The notes below the pieces were generated by a model, which saw only the letters and a program-made list of their open reading frames with translations, was not told the DNA's origin and did no database searches. Below are positions 42,502-52,508 of a DNA stretch of 64,000 nt, piece after piece. The stretch is from an uncultured Gemmatimonadales bacterium (GTDB lineage Bacteria; Gemmatimonadota; Gemmatimonadetes; Gemmatimonadales; GWC2-71-9), in NCBI GenBank assembly GCA_963842945.1, contig CAWJIM010000021.1:256001-320000 (forward strand), read 5' to 3'. A program made the position numbers and the translations under genes. The stretch's first letter is position 1. Each line of letters begins with the position of its first letter.

Positions 42502-43494
42502 CTAGCCGTGGCTTCTAACCTTCTTCACCTCGGCAGTGAGCCGGGGAACGATCTCGAACAGGTCGCCCACGATTCCGTAATCCGCAATCTTGAAAATGGG
42601 AGCGTCCTTGTCCTTGTTGATGGCCACGATCGTTTTGGCAGTGCGCATCCCGGCGAGATGCTGTATGGCCCCCGAGATCCCCACCGCAATGTAGAGGTCG
42701 GGGCTCACCAGCCGTCCGGTCTGGCCGATCTGGTCCGTGGCAGGACGCCAGCCGTCATCGGTGACAGCCCGAGTGGCTCCTACCGCGGCATTGCCGATGG
42801 CGGCAGCCAGGTCTTCTACCAGCTTGAAGTTTTCCGCCGCGCGCAATCCGCGCCCACCACTCACGATGATCGGGGCTTCGCCCAGATCGAGCTTGGTCGT
42901 GCTTCGTTGAGCCAGCTCAGTGACCTGCACCCGTGCCGCCGCTGGGTCCATGGCGGGCTCCAGGGTCTCCACTCGGGCATCACGCGGCTGCTCGGCCGGG
43001 GTGACGAAGCCGGGACGGAGCGATATCAGCGCGGGAGACCCTGTTAGTCTCAATGTGACGTTCACCTTGCCGGTATATCCAGGGTGCTGCGCAATTACCG
43101 CATCATTCTGGATCTCGAACTCCGTCACATCTGAGGCGATGCTCACCCCTAGCCGGGCCGCAACCCGTGGGGCCAAGTCCCGTCCCTCGGCCGAGGCGGT
43201 GAAGAACGCAGCCCGATATTGGCCTGAACGTATCCGCTCAGATAGCGTCGCCGAGTACACCTCCGGGTTGTACCGCTCGAGACCGGAATGCTCCACCACG
43301 TACACGACGTCGGCGCCGTTCCGGCCAAGGGCTTGAGCATGTTGGGCCACACCGGGAGCACCGACGAGTACGGCGTGCACCTCGCCGCCACCAGTCGAAT
43401 CCGCCGCTTGCCGGGCCGCAGTAACCGCCTCGAACGCCACCTTCCGCAGCCCGCCGGCGCGAGTTTCGGCAAAAGCCAGGAACCCGGACATCAC
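42502..43494 (-). CDS. etfA: Electron transfer flavoprotein alpha subunit
   Basis: SGGRG, GATRA, QIGQTG, GISGAIQH.AGM, AINKD..APIF..ADYG. Confidence 0.96.
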   Translation of the reverse strand: MMSGFLAFAETRAGGLRKVAFEAVTAARQAADSTGGGEVHAVLVGAPGVAQHAQALGRNGADVVYVVEHSGLERYNPEVYSATLSERIRSGQYRAAFFTASAEGRDLAPRVAARLGVSIASDVTEFEIQNDAVIAQHPGYTGKVNVTLRLTGSPALISLRPGFVTPAEQPRDARVETLEPAMDPAAARVQVTELAQRSTTKLDLGEAPIIVSGGRGLRAAENFKLVEDLAAAIGNAAVGATRAVTDDGWRPATDQIGQTGRLVSPDLYIAVGISGAIQHLAGMRTAKTIVAINKDKDAPIFKIADYGIVGDLFEIVPRLTAEVKKVRSHG

Positions 43495-44243
43495 AACACC
43501 TTGGCTTCGGTTTGCAGGAGCCGGAGAAGCTCGGGCACCGCATCGGCTCCCTCCCCGATTATCCGTCCAGGGGGCCGATCTGCCGGCAGGTCCATTTGCT
43601 GCACGGTGAGATTGGCGGGGCCCAGCTGAGCCGGCTTGGTCTCGAGTGGCTTCTTCTTCGCGGCCATGATCCCCTTGAGCGAGGCCAGCCTGGGCCGGGC
43701 GATACCTTCGTCGATCGTGAGCACGGCGGGCAGAGGGAATTGAACAGTTTCCGAGGCTCCCTCCAGATCTCGTCGGGCGGTGCCGCTACGATCGGCCAGC
43801 TCGAGCTGGGAGATTCCGGTGACGCAAGGGAGGTCCAGCAGCTCCGCGGTCATGGGCCCAACGGTGCCATTCGCCGTGTCGGTCGCCATCCGCCCGAAGA
43901 GAATCAGATCGTAACCGCCGCTCCGAAGCTCCTCCGCCAGCGCGTTCGCTATGGCCAGGCCGTCGAACGGGACCTGATCGACCTTGAGCTGGACTGCCCG
44001 GGTGGCTCCCATCGCCAGACCCTTTCGCAGAATCTCCTGCACCCCATCGGGACCGAGCGACAGAACGACCACCTCCCCCGGACCATGCTTCTCCGCGAGC
44101 TGCAGCCCAACCTCGAGCGCATACCCGTCGAAGTCGCCCATTTCGTATTTCATGCCGGTCTGATCGAGCGAGGTGCGGTCGGCCGCGATGCTGAATCGCA
44201 TCTCCATGTCCGGCACGCGCTTGATGCATACAGCGATCTTCAC
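43491..44243 (-). CDS. etfB: Electron transfer flavoprotein beta subunit
   Basis: MKIAVCIKRVPD, LAMGA, PR..SLKGIMAAKKKP. Confidence 0.95.
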   Translation of the reverse strand: MKIAVCIKRVPDMEMRFSIAADRTSLDQTGMKYEMGDFDGYALEVGLQLAEKHGPGEVVVLSLGPDGVQEILRKGLAMGATRAVQLKVDQVPFDGLAIANALAEELRSGGYDLILFGRMATDTANGTVGPMTAELLDLPCVTGISQLELADRSGTARRDLEGASETVQFPLPAVLTIDEGIARPRLASLKGIMAAKKKPLETKPAQLGPANLTVQQMDLPADRPPGRIIGEGADAVPELLRLLQTEAKVL

Positions 44244-44313
44244 GTCTGGCTCCGTTGGCCGCGAGTCGTGTCTGGTCGCGGCAAAGCTATCCCGCCTCCG
44301 GATGCAAATGCAA

Positions 44314-44337
44314 CGAGGCCACCGTGGGGTGGCCTCG
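44314..44337 (-). terminator. Probable terminator hairpin downstream of the TM-helix gene
   Basis: CGAGGCCACC-GTGG-GGTGGCCTCG, followed by TTGCATTT on the minus strand. Confidence 0.55.
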
Positions 44338-44357
44338 CGTTTCGATTGGGCGGAGGC

Positions 44358-45269
44358 TTACGAATTGTCGCCGCCGCTGCGCCGATCCCGAATTCCGGGG
44401 CGGCCTACCCTCCGGCGATCAACCGTGGCACGCTCGATCCAACCATTTCCTGCAACGCCTCTGGAGCCCTGGGTGGCCTGCGAATGCTGGGCCATGTCCT
44501 GCACCTCGTGGCTCATGCCCTGGGCCTGATGACGAGCGGCATTGGCTGCCCGCTCCAGCCGTGGCCCTGCCTGCTCGAGATTGCGGCCCGCCCGGTCGAG
44601 CATCTGCGCCGCACGATCCCGACCTCCCAGCCCGAAGGCGAGGCCGAAGGCCAGGGCAAGCGCGCCCACGATCGCGACCAGCAGTGTGTTGATGATCGTG
44701 GTGGCGATACCCAACTGATTGACCGCGACGACGATGGTAAAGCCCCAGACGGCAACCCGGGTGACCGTGGCGAGCATGTCGGGATTGGTGAATCCGGCTT
44801 CGGCCGATGCGCCTCGCACGAGCTGTGAAAGCGCTTTGGCAGCAAGTCCGCCGATCACCAGGACAACCAGGGCAACCACCAGGTTCGGCAGCCACAACAG
44901 CAACTGCTGGAGCACGTTTGAAACGGCCGGAAGACCGAGGGTGTCGAAGGCCACCACCAGGGTGATCAGCCGGACAAACCACTTGACGATCCCGGCGATT
45001 ACCGCGGAGGAGTCGTCTTTGACGCCCATCTTGTGCACGAAATCGGCGAGTCCGGCCCGGCGCGCCAAGTCGTTGAATTTCACCGCATGCAACAGGGCCT
45101 GCACCCCGCGGGCCAGCAGCGAGGAGATGATCCAGCCGACGATGAGAACGACAACAAAGCCGATGATCCGGGGAATGGCCGCAAAGAAAGTGTTGAGCGC
45201 TCCGGTGAGCGATGCCTTCAACGCGTCGCCGGTGTCCCGCACCGGCACCGCAACCGCTGTAGCCTGCAT
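44358..45269 (-). CDS. TM_helix-repeat (CmpX/MscS N-terminal-like) membrane protein
   Basis: Two IP.II/LPNLV TM repeats; ALALAFGLAFGLGGRD.A signature. Confidence 0.8.
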   Translation of the reverse strand: MQATAVAVPVRDTGDALKASLTGALNTFFAAIPRIIGFVVVLIVGWIISSLLARGVQALLHAVKFNDLARRAGLADFVHKMGVKDDSSAVIAGIVKWFVRLITLVVAFDTLGLPAVSNVLQQLLLWLPNLVVALVVLVIGGLAAKALSQLVRGASAEAGFTNPDMLATVTRVAVWGFTIVVAVNQLGIATTIINTLLVAIVGALALAFGLAFGLGGRDRAAQMLDRAGRNLEQAGPRLERAANAARHQAQGMSHEVQDMAQHSQATQGSRGVAGNGWIERATVDRRRVGRPGIRDRRSGGDNS

Positions 45270-45386
45270 TGTGCGCCTCCACCGCAAGTGAGCCCGTCCA
45301 TTTAACCTGCAACAGTCTGAGGGCCTCACCCCTGACGGTCGGTGATTGAGGTCACGGGCTCCCAACCGAATTTTGGGGTCGAGTGG

Positions 45387-47591
45387 CTACTGGGCGTCTC
45401 CGCCGAACGACCGGCGGACGACGAGCTTGAACGAACGGGCGTTGAGAGGAGTGAGGAAGCGCTCCAGCTCGCCCGTCTGCCGGTTCTCATTGAAGGTCCC
45501 GAAGATGGGCTGGTGGGAGTTGAAGACGTTGCTGGCAATGGCTGAGACGTCCCAGCGGGCGTGGCTGAAGCCAAGGCGCAGGTTGCCCACAAAGTACCCG
45601 CTCAGCGGAGAGGTCTCATTGGCCTCATCGCCCCGGAGCCACTGTCGTCCGATGTAGCGGCCGTCCAGCCCGAATTGAAAGCCCGAGGAGGTGGTATACA
45701 GCCCGCCGAACTTCACCTGGTGGTCGGGCACCAGGGGCAGCCGATCACCCTCGGCCACCGCGTTGGGGCCAGACAGCGAGGCTCCCGCGAATGCACTGTC
45801 GGCTCGGATGCTGAAAATTTCGGCAGGATCGCGAAACGTGGCCCGGGTGAAGCCGTAGTTGGCGTATAATGAAACATGCTCGCTGGGGATGACCTGCACC
45901 GAAAGCTCGACGCCCTCCCGCCGTGTGGTCCCGATGTTATCGAAGAACCCCTCGAACACCGCGTTCTCCGACTGAATGAACGAGATGTCGTCCTGAACAT
46001 TGGTCCGATAGAGCGACGCGTCGAATATTGCGGGGCCGTGGACCCACTTGCCTCCGATCTCGAATGTGGTGCCAACCACCGGATCGAGCGGTGGATCATC
46101 GCCCAGAGCAAAGGGCAGCGGACACGCGGCTGTTTCATCGGCGCAGGCCAGCTCGAGAATAGCGGGAGCCCGGAAGCTCTGCCCCACCGACAGATAGGCC
46201 GAAGCTCCGGGCGCGATGTCGAAGCTCAAGCCACCGCGGGGACTCAATCGGCTGAAATTGTTGGTGGTGTCGGCCGTGGGATCGAGCTGGTCCTGAAAAG
46301 GAATGTGGATGTAGTCGAAGCGGAGTCCTCCGGAGAAGGTCACCTCGTTGATCCGCAGATCGGCAAGAGCGTAGCCGGCGACATCGTAACTGGGGCTCTT
46401 CACATCAGTGGTGAGGTCACTGGTAGAGGGGACGGTCGGTGTCTCCTCCAGCAGCTGAATGTGCACCTGGTTGGCACCACCATCCGCGCCGAGCCGGAGA
46501 GAGAGGTTCCCATTGGGCCGAGGGGTGCTCCAGCGCCAATCCAAGTTCCCCCCGATAGTCCGGTTGTTGGTGAAGCTGCGAACATTGTTATCGGGAAGCT
46601 GATTGACATTGAAGCGCTCGGCCGTGGTGCGCCTGATGTACCCGGTAAAGGCGGCCTGGCTGCTTCCCCAACGGGTATATCCGGAGAGTGAAGCCTGCAG
46701 CTGATCGAGGTCTTCGAAGTCACCGACGGTAAAGTTGGTGCGGGGGGCGGTGTCGAAGATGCTTTCCGGAAGCGATCCCGCGGTTTCGGCCCGGGACTCG
46801 GCTCCAAAGGCCTGGAGGCTGAAGCCCCGTTCGGGCCCGCGCCGACCCAGATTGAGAAAGCCGTTCAGGTTCTCCGCGTTGGTGGCATCACGCCACCCAT
46901 CTTCATTCTCGTAGCCGCCGGCGAGATAGTAGTCCCATCCGCGTCCGCTGGAGCCGGCGATCGACGCCTCTCCCGAGTATGCGCCGTACGAGCCGCCGGA
47001 AATCTCGGCCTCCCCCTCCATCGGTCCCGACCCTCGCCGAGTGATCAGATTGATCGCTCCGCCCAGTGAATTGGGCCCGAGCAGTGAGCCGGAGCCGCTC
47101 AGGAGCTCGACCCGTTGCACGTGCTCCATCGGGAGCAGATCGAAGTTCACCTCGGCTGCGTCAGGCTCGTTCTGGCGTACTCCGTCGAGGAATACCGACA
47201 CTCCCGGCGGCAACCCTACCACCGGCCCGACGTTGAAGCCGCGGGTACTGAGGTTGAGCTTGAACGGCGAGCCGAGATCGTCGTACAGCGAAATGCCGGG
47301 CTGGGTGGCGAGCGCGTCAGCCAGCAGCCGGGGTTCCCAGGCATCGATCGCCGCGCCGGTTACGGTCGAGATTCGGGCTGGAATTCCGGAGCCAATCGTG
47401 GGCCCCGCCGTCGGGGCGATGGAGCTGGTCACCTCGATGGTCTTCAGCTGAGTGACCCGGGTCGTGTCGGTTCGGGTGGTGTCGGCTCGAGTGGTGTCGG
47501 CTCGAGTGGTGTCGGTCTGTTGGGCATTCCCGGATGAAGGAAGCACCACCATGACAAGCGGAAGGATAAAGAGCGTGCTGGAAAATCGCAT
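45387..47591 (-). CDS. TonB-dependent receptor
   Basis: Signal peptide from ATG 47591; TonB box TIEVT; plug RG...VFLDGV...DLLP...RVELL.G...LGGAINLIT; N.FN and terminal beta strand. Confidence 0.9.
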   Translation of the reverse strand: MRFSSTLFILPLVMVVLPSSGNAQQTDTTRADTTRADTTRTDTTRVTQLKTIEVTSSIAPTAGPTIGSGIPARISTVTGAAIDAWEPRLLADALATQPGISLYDDLGSPFKLNLSTRGFNVGPVVGLPPGVSVFLDGVRQNEPDAAEVNFDLLPMEHVQRVELLSGSGSLLGPNSLGGAINLITRRGSGPMEGEAEISGGSYGAYSGEASIAGSSGRGWDYYLAGGYENEDGWRDATNAENLNGFLNLGRRGPERGFSLQAFGAESRAETAGSLPESIFDTAPRTNFTVGDFEDLDQLQASLSGYTRWGSSQAAFTGYIRRTTAERFNVNQLPDNNVRSFTNNRTIGGNLDWRWSTPRPNGNLSLRLGADGGANQVHIQLLEETPTVPSTSDLTTDVKSPSYDVAGYALADLRINEVTFSGGLRFDYIHIPFQDQLDPTADTTNNFSRLSPRGGLSFDIAPGASAYLSVGQSFRAPAILELACADETAACPLPFALGDDPPLDPVVGTTFEIGGKWVHGPAIFDASLYRTNVQDDISFIQSENAVFEGFFDNIGTTRREGVELSVQVIPSEHVSLYANYGFTRATFRDPAEIFSIRADSAFAGASLSGPNAVAEGDRLPLVPDHQVKFGGLYTTSSGFQFGLDGRYIGRQWLRGDEANETSPLSGYFVGNLRLGFSHARWDVSAIASNVFNSHQPIFGTFNENRQTGELERFLTPLNARSFKLVVRRSFGGDAQ
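47455..47511 (-). repeat. 15-bp tandem repeat encoding DTTR(A/T/V) x4 in the receptor N-terminus
   Basis: Minus strand gacaccactcgagcc gacaccactcgagcc gacaccacccgaacc gacacgacccgggtc. Confidence 0.85.
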
Positions 47592-47736
47592 GAAGACTGC
47601 CCGAGGAGGAGCTGCGTCGGTCACGTCATGAACGTGGATAGCTGGGCTCGGTTCCGGTGGCTTGAGTCGGGGCAAGCAGCGTGATCTTGAAGAATGGGCA
47701 TCACAGGATGATGAGACCGGTGTCTGGTGGCTAAGG

Positions 47737-47768
47737 AAAGCCCCCCGAGCGGTGCACCGGGGGGCTTT
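47737..47768 (-). terminator. Intrinsic terminator
   Basis: AAAGCCCCCCG-10 nt-CGGGGGGCTTT, downstream of the 77-aa gene. Confidence 0.75.
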
Positions 47769-47790
47769 GGAAATGACGCTCGGCGAAGGC

Positions 47791-48024
47791 TCACTGCCTT
47801 CCAACGTCCATTGCCGGTCGGCTCCGGTTGGCCTCCAGCCATCCCAATATTTTTTCCTTGACCGATGCGGGAGCCTCTCCCGGCTCTGCCGCAAAGCTGG
47901 TCAGGGGTGCTCCCTCGTGCAGCAATTGCCAGGTCGAGGCTGTATTTGCTTCGGCAGCAACGCCATTCTGCCTGACCGCGTCGTATTCCTCACCCTCCCA
48001 CCACACCGTGACCCGATTTGCCAT
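47791..48024 (-). CDS. Small hypothetical protein (77 aa)
   Basis: AGGAG Shine-Dalgarno, its own terminator, protein-like composition. Confidence 0.7.
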   Translation of the reverse strand: MANRVTVWWEGEEYDAVRQNGVAAEANTASTWQLLHEGAPLTSFAAEPGEAPASVKEKILGWLEANRSRPAMDVGRQ

Positions 48025-48097
48025 TGCTGAAACTCCTGTAGAGGTCTCAACGCCTCTACAGGGTCGTCAGTTAGAGCTTAAATGGCCGTGACGAGGG

Positions 48098-49300
48098 TCA
48101 CGTGTATGCGGCGTGCCCGGTAATGGCCTCGCCCACGATGAGGGAATGCATATCGTGGGTGCCCTCATAGGTATAGACCGATTCGAGGTTGGCCATGTGG
48201 CGCATGGAGTGGTACTCGGCCAGAATGCCGTTGGCCCCGAGGAGCCGGCGGGCCTCCCGGGCGCATTCGCAGGCCATGCTCACATTGTTCCGCTTGCAGA
48301 GAGACACCTGATAGGGCGTCATGGTGCCGGCATCCTTCAGCTTGCCGAGCTGCAACGTCATGAACTGAGCCTTGGTGATCTCGGTGAGCATCTCCACCAG
48401 GCGGACCTGCTGGATCTGGGTGGCGCCGATAGGCTTGTCGAACATGATCCGCTGGCCGGAGTAGCGCAGGGCCTCGTCGTAGCACGCCATCGCGGCGCCA
48501 ATTGCTCCCCACGCAATTCCATACCGCGCCTGGGTGAGACACATCAGCGGGCTCTTCAGACCGCCTGACTTCGGCAGGACGGCGCTCTTGGGCAGCTGCA
48601 CGTCTTGCAGGTGGATCTCACTGGTGTCCGAGGCCCGAAGCGACAGCTTCCCCTTCTGATCCCGGCCGGCGTATCCCTTGGTATCGGTGGGAACGATGAA
48701 TCCGCGGATCGACTTGGGGTCTCTCAGATCGCCGGTCTTGGCCCAGATGATCGAGACGGTGGCCTGAGAGCCGTTGGTGATCCACATCTTGGTGCCATTG
48801 AGGACCCAGCCATCCCGGGTTTCTCGGGCGGTGGTGACCATGCCGCCGGGGTTCGAGCCGTAATCCGGCTCCGTCAGGCCAAAGCAGCCGATCTCCTGCC
48901 CGGAAGCGAGCAAGGGAAGCCAATGCTGCTTCTGCTCGTCACTGCCAAAGGCGTAGATCGGGTACATCACCAGCGCCCCCTGAACCGAGGCGAACGATCG
49001 AATGCCGCTGTCGCCCCGCTCCAGCTCCTGCATGATCAGGCCATAGGCCACGTTGTTCAGTCCGGCGCAGCCGTACTCCTCGGGAAGGTTGGCGCCGAAG
49101 AGGCCCAGCTCTGCCATTCCCGGAATCAGCTGTTTGGGAAACTTTCCCTCGATATACGCCTGGCCGATGATCGGAATCAGGTTTTCGTCCACCCAACTCC
49201 GGACGGTATCGCGCACCGCGCGCTCTTCCTCGGAGAGCAGCGTGTCGAGGTTGAGAAAGTCGACGCCGGTGAACTGCGACGTGCCTGTAGCGGTGGCCAT
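48098..49300 (-). CDS. gcdH: Glutaryl-CoA dehydrogenase-type acyl-CoA dehydrogenase
   Basis: ELERGDSG.RS..SVQ, CFGLTEPD.GS, K.WITN, LSLRAS.T, ARYGIAWG, TYEGTHD.H.LI.G. Confidence 0.85.
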   Translation of the reverse strand: MATATGTSQFTGVDFLNLDTLLSEEERAVRDTVRSWVDENLIPIIGQAYIEGKFPKQLIPGMAELGLFGANLPEEYGCAGLNNVAYGLIMQELERGDSGIRSFASVQGALVMYPIYAFGSDEQKQHWLPLLASGQEIGCFGLTEPDYGSNPGGMVTTARETRDGWVLNGTKMWITNGSQATVSIIWAKTGDLRDPKSIRGFIVPTDTKGYAGRDQKGKLSLRASDTSEIHLQDVQLPKSAVLPKSGGLKSPLMCLTQARYGIAWGAIGAAMACYDEALRYSGQRIMFDKPIGATQIQQVRLVEMLTEITKAQFMTLQLGKLKDAGTMTPYQVSLCKRNNVSMACECAREARRLLGANGILAEYHSMRHMANLESVYTYEGTHDMHSLIVGEAITGHAAYT

Positions 49301-49317
49301 TCGTGCCTCGTGGAGAG

Positions 49318-50436
49318 TCAGTGACTAGGCTGGGAATATAATGCTGCGGGTCGGACGAGCCGCCGGTAGGCCTCGAGATGCTGGGCGATTGCCGCGTCGA
49401 ACCCGTATTTCTCCGACACATATGCCTGCGCGTCCTCGCCCTTCCTCCGCCAGGCATTGTTCTCCAACAGCAGGCGCAGACCCCGGGCAAAATCGTCGTC
49501 CTCCACCCGGTAGCCGAAGCGGGAAGCAAAACCGTCGGGATCGACTCGGCTGAGGATGGCGCACTTGAAGGCAGCCGCCTCGAGAAACGAACGGGGCAGA
49601 CCTTCTCGCAGCGCGCTGTTCACCAGAATCCAGCTCTGAGCCAGAATCTCCTGAAACCGGGTGGAGGAGAACTGATCGACGAAGCCCTCCAGCTCCAGGT
49701 TGGGAAGCCCACCGTACTGCTGGTGTAGCAGCTCGGTCAGCTCCGCCGTGCGGGCCTGACCCATGGCGATGAACCTCACCTGAGGAAAAGCCTGGGCCAG
49801 GCGGAAGAAGATCTCCGGCCGCTTCCGCCGGTCCCACCGCCCGAGGAAACAGACCGTGGGCTGCTGAGCCTTCTGAATCGGGACAGTCGGAGGCCGAACC
49901 GGGTTGGGCAAGAAACCGGGAAGCTTGTCCAGCTTGTACTTTGCCTGGGCTATCGGGCGGGAGAACTCGTTGGGACAATACACCGCGTCGGCCGCGCGGA
50001 CCGACCGGGTGACCAACAAGTTGTTCTCGTAGGGGAAAGTCAGCAGGGTCCGGAAGCTACGGTCCAGGAACCACGACCGGAGCTCGATCAGCCAGTCGGC
50101 GGAGACGCGGGTGTCGCGACAGGTGACGACGTGAGCGCTCCGGGGAGCCGCTTTTCGCGCCAGCCAGGTGCCGAGCGAGGGCTCCTGCGAGTGATAGACG
50201 TCGGCTCGGCAGTCGCGCAGGAGACGAAACTGGGTTCGCAGCGACTGTGCGGGGTAGGACAGCACGGTCACTCCCTCTACCTCCTCCCGCTCCGGCTGAG
50301 CCCCCCGCGCCGGGGTCACGACGGTGACGCCGAAACCCCGCCGCACCAGCTCGGTCGCCAAAACACGGGTGGCGGTGCCATACCCGCCGTACTTCCCCCA
50401 CGCAAAAAACTCGCTGACGATGAAGCACACCCTCAT
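49318..50436 (-). CDS. Glycosyltransferase family 4
   Basis: GGYG, GRWD.RK, EG.P..F.EA motif. Confidence 0.88.
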   Translation of the reverse strand: MRVCFIVSEFFAWGKYGGYGTATRVLATELVRRGFGVTVVTPARGAQPEREEVEGVTVLSYPAQSLRTQFRLLRDCRADVYHSQEPSLGTWLARKAAPRSAHVVTCRDTRVSADWLIELRSWFLDRSFRTLLTFPYENNLLVTRSVRAADAVYCPNEFSRPIAQAKYKLDKLPGFLPNPVRPPTVPIQKAQQPTVCFLGRWDRRKRPEIFFRLAQAFPQVRFIAMGQARTAELTELLHQQYGGLPNLELEGFVDQFSSTRFQEILAQSWILVNSALREGLPRSFLEAAAFKCAILSRVDPDGFASRFGYRVEDDDFARGLRLLLENNAWRRKGEDAQAYVSEKYGFDAAIAQHLEAYRRLVRPAALYSQPSH

Positions 50437-51623
50437 TCCTGCGTGGCGCGCTCCCAAATCACTCGATGATAAATGTCTTCGGTCAGCTCAGCCGACCGGC
50501 CCCAATCGTGCTTGTCCTGAACCAGCCTTCTGGCGTTTTGTCCCATCGCGCTGGCCAGTTCGGTGTTGGACAGCAAGGTGAGAGCGCCCTCGGCGAACCC
50601 GTCCACGTCTCCGTCCGGAACCAGCCAGCCGGTCTGCTGATGACACACGCCCGGCGCCGATCCGGCAAAGGACAGGACCGGCTTCCCCGCGGCCATGTAG
50701 TTGAGGAGCTTGACTGGGATGCCATCGCACTCGGTGCGCGGGTTCACCGCCACGGTCGCGCCGGCCAGCAGCATGGGGATGTCCTCGAACTGAGCCCGGA
50801 CCAGCTCGATCGATCCGGAGACGCCGAGCTCACGGGCCAGCGCGTCGTACTGCTCAAACGATGACTCGGTGACGATCTTGAGCTGCACGTCGCTTCTTCG
50901 GTTCAGCACCTTGCGCAAGGCCAGGAGCATGAGATCGATGCCCTGGTAGGGAGCCAGGTTGCCGGTGAAGATGAGGGTTGGACGGCCGTTCGCCGTCTTT
51001 GCGGCGCGATTCCGGCTGTCGGAGAAGAGGTCGCACTCCACGCCGTTGGGCACCACCGATACCCGCTCTTCGGGAACCCGGCCTAAGCGAAGCAGCCGCT
51101 GCCGAATCCGCTCGGTGACCGTGATGACGTGGTCGGCCATGCCGGGAAGCCGCCGGTCGAACGAACCGGCAATGCTGTTGGTGACCCAGCGAGGGAGTCG
51201 GAGCGGATAGAAGGGCAGCTCCGACGTCAGCAGGGTATGCGCGTCGAAGACGAGTGGAATTTTCCGCCGCAGTCGGGCGGCGGCGGCCACCAACAGTCCT
51301 TCGAAGTGGTGGGCGTGAATGACGTCCACCTGATGCTGCCGGAGCACCTGCCACAGCTTGACCGTGAGCAGCGGGTCGAGCAGCCCCAGCTTCACGTAGG
51401 TGGGGCCGGGGGACAGGTTCTGATAGGACTTGATCTGAGGGATTCGGTGAACTGAGAGGCTGGGACCCGGCTCGGAACTCCCGTAGTGATAGGTCACCAC
51501 GTGGACCTGGTGTCCGCGCGCAGCCATGCCCTCCGCCAGTCGCTGGATCCGAATGGGCGTACCCCGGCGAGCCGGGTACGGACAGGCCGCGACCATGGCG
51601 ATCTTCGTAGTGAATTCCTCCAC
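50433..51623 (-). CDS. Glycosyltransferase family 4
   Basis: RGTPIR, VPNGV, GNL..YQG, GIP.KLL.YMA.GKPV. Confidence 0.88.
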   Translation of the reverse strand: MEEFTTKIAMVAACPYPARRGTPIRIQRLAEGMAARGHQVHVVTYHYGSSEPGPSLSVHRIPQIKSYQNLSPGPTYVKLGLLDPLLTVKLWQVLRQHQVDVIHAHHFEGLLVAAAARLRRKIPLVFDAHTLLTSELPFYPLRLPRWVTNSIAGSFDRRLPGMADHVITVTERIRQRLLRLGRVPEERVSVVPNGVECDLFSDSRNRAAKTANGRPTLIFTGNLAPYQGIDLMLLALRKVLNRRSDVQLKIVTESSFEQYDALARELGVSGSIELVRAQFEDIPMLLAGATVAVNPRTECDGIPVKLLNYMAAGKPVLSFAGSAPGVCHQQTGWLVPDGDVDGFAEGALTLLSNTELASAMGQNARRLVQDKHDWGRSAELTEDIYHRVIWERATQE

Positions 51624-51806
51624 CCGGCGCGGCGTCCGCTATCCCACGATGCCGCCATCGGCTCGGGTGACTACGGGTCGAGCACAGGCCTTCTAATTCA
51701 TTGCTGGAGAAAACGTTACAAGGCGGGACCGGGCCTGGGTGAAGCTGAGCCCGCTCAACTCACCTTTAATAGAGTATAGCGACCGTAAACAACTAGTACA
51801 GGGGGG

Positions 51807-52508
51807 TTAGCCGGCGCCTGCGGACATACCGAGGCTCCGCCGAGCTGCCGGCAGTACGCCAACCTCACGGGCTTTGGCTCTAAACCGGGAACCATGGTCC
51901 ACGGGGTGTCCGTTTTCCGACTGCCATTGATGCACCATCTCATGGAGCATCGTGTGCTCGACTTCGCTCCAGGAATGTCGGGCGACGTGCCTGCGGCTGA
52001 TTCCGATTTCCTTGATACTGTTGTCGTTGTGGTCGACTGACAGCTCACCAAGGCGGGTTTTCATCCGGCCCGAAAGCCGGATCGGGATTGAGCTCAGAGA
52101 CCCGCCGAAATGGCGGATGTTGAGATCCCGGTGCATGGCCTCCAGGCGTCTGAGCAGTGCGCCGTCGCCGGGGCGGGACCGATCTCTGCGAGGCGACCGC
52201 TCTGAGGGCCGGCTGTAGGCCCAAACCGGAAATCGGAGAAATTCGCGTTCAGCTTCCTGCCTCAGGTGCCGAGGCACGCGTGGGCTGAGGAACCGAACGA
52301 TCGCCTTCAGCACTCCATCGGGCGCAAATCCGTAGCCCCGGTGGATCCGCAACACTCGCCGATTCAGGCTGAGCATCACGGTCCGATTGGTGTGGGTCAG
52401 GATTCTGTCGACGTCTCGCAGACCCAGCATGCGCAATCGGTCGGATAGAGAATCCTCGAACAGAAAAAACTGTCCCGCTGTCGCGCTGCCCCGCCGCCCC
52501 GCCTTCAC
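51807..52508 (-). CDS. SprT-like zinc metalloprotease domain protein
   Basis: LN..HF...L, SGRM...LG, TMLHEMVH, HG..F. Confidence 0.85.
   Translation of the reverse strand: MKAGRRGSATAGQFFLFEDSLSDRLRMLGLRDVDRILTHTNRTVMLSLNRRVLRIHRGYGFAPDGVLKAIVRFLSPRVPRHLRQEAEREFLRFPVWAYSRPSERSPRRDRSRPGDGALLRRLEAMHRDLNIRHFGGSLSSIPIRLSGRMKTRLGELSVDHNDNSIKEIGISRRHVARHSWSEVEHTMLHEMVHQWQSENGHPVDHGSRFRAKAREVGVLPAARRSLGMSAGAG

Noticed and set aside
47592..47736. Cobalamin riboswitch or Fur box upstream of the TonB-dependent receptor
   Set aside because: No B12-box or AT-rich Fur palindrome is recognisable.
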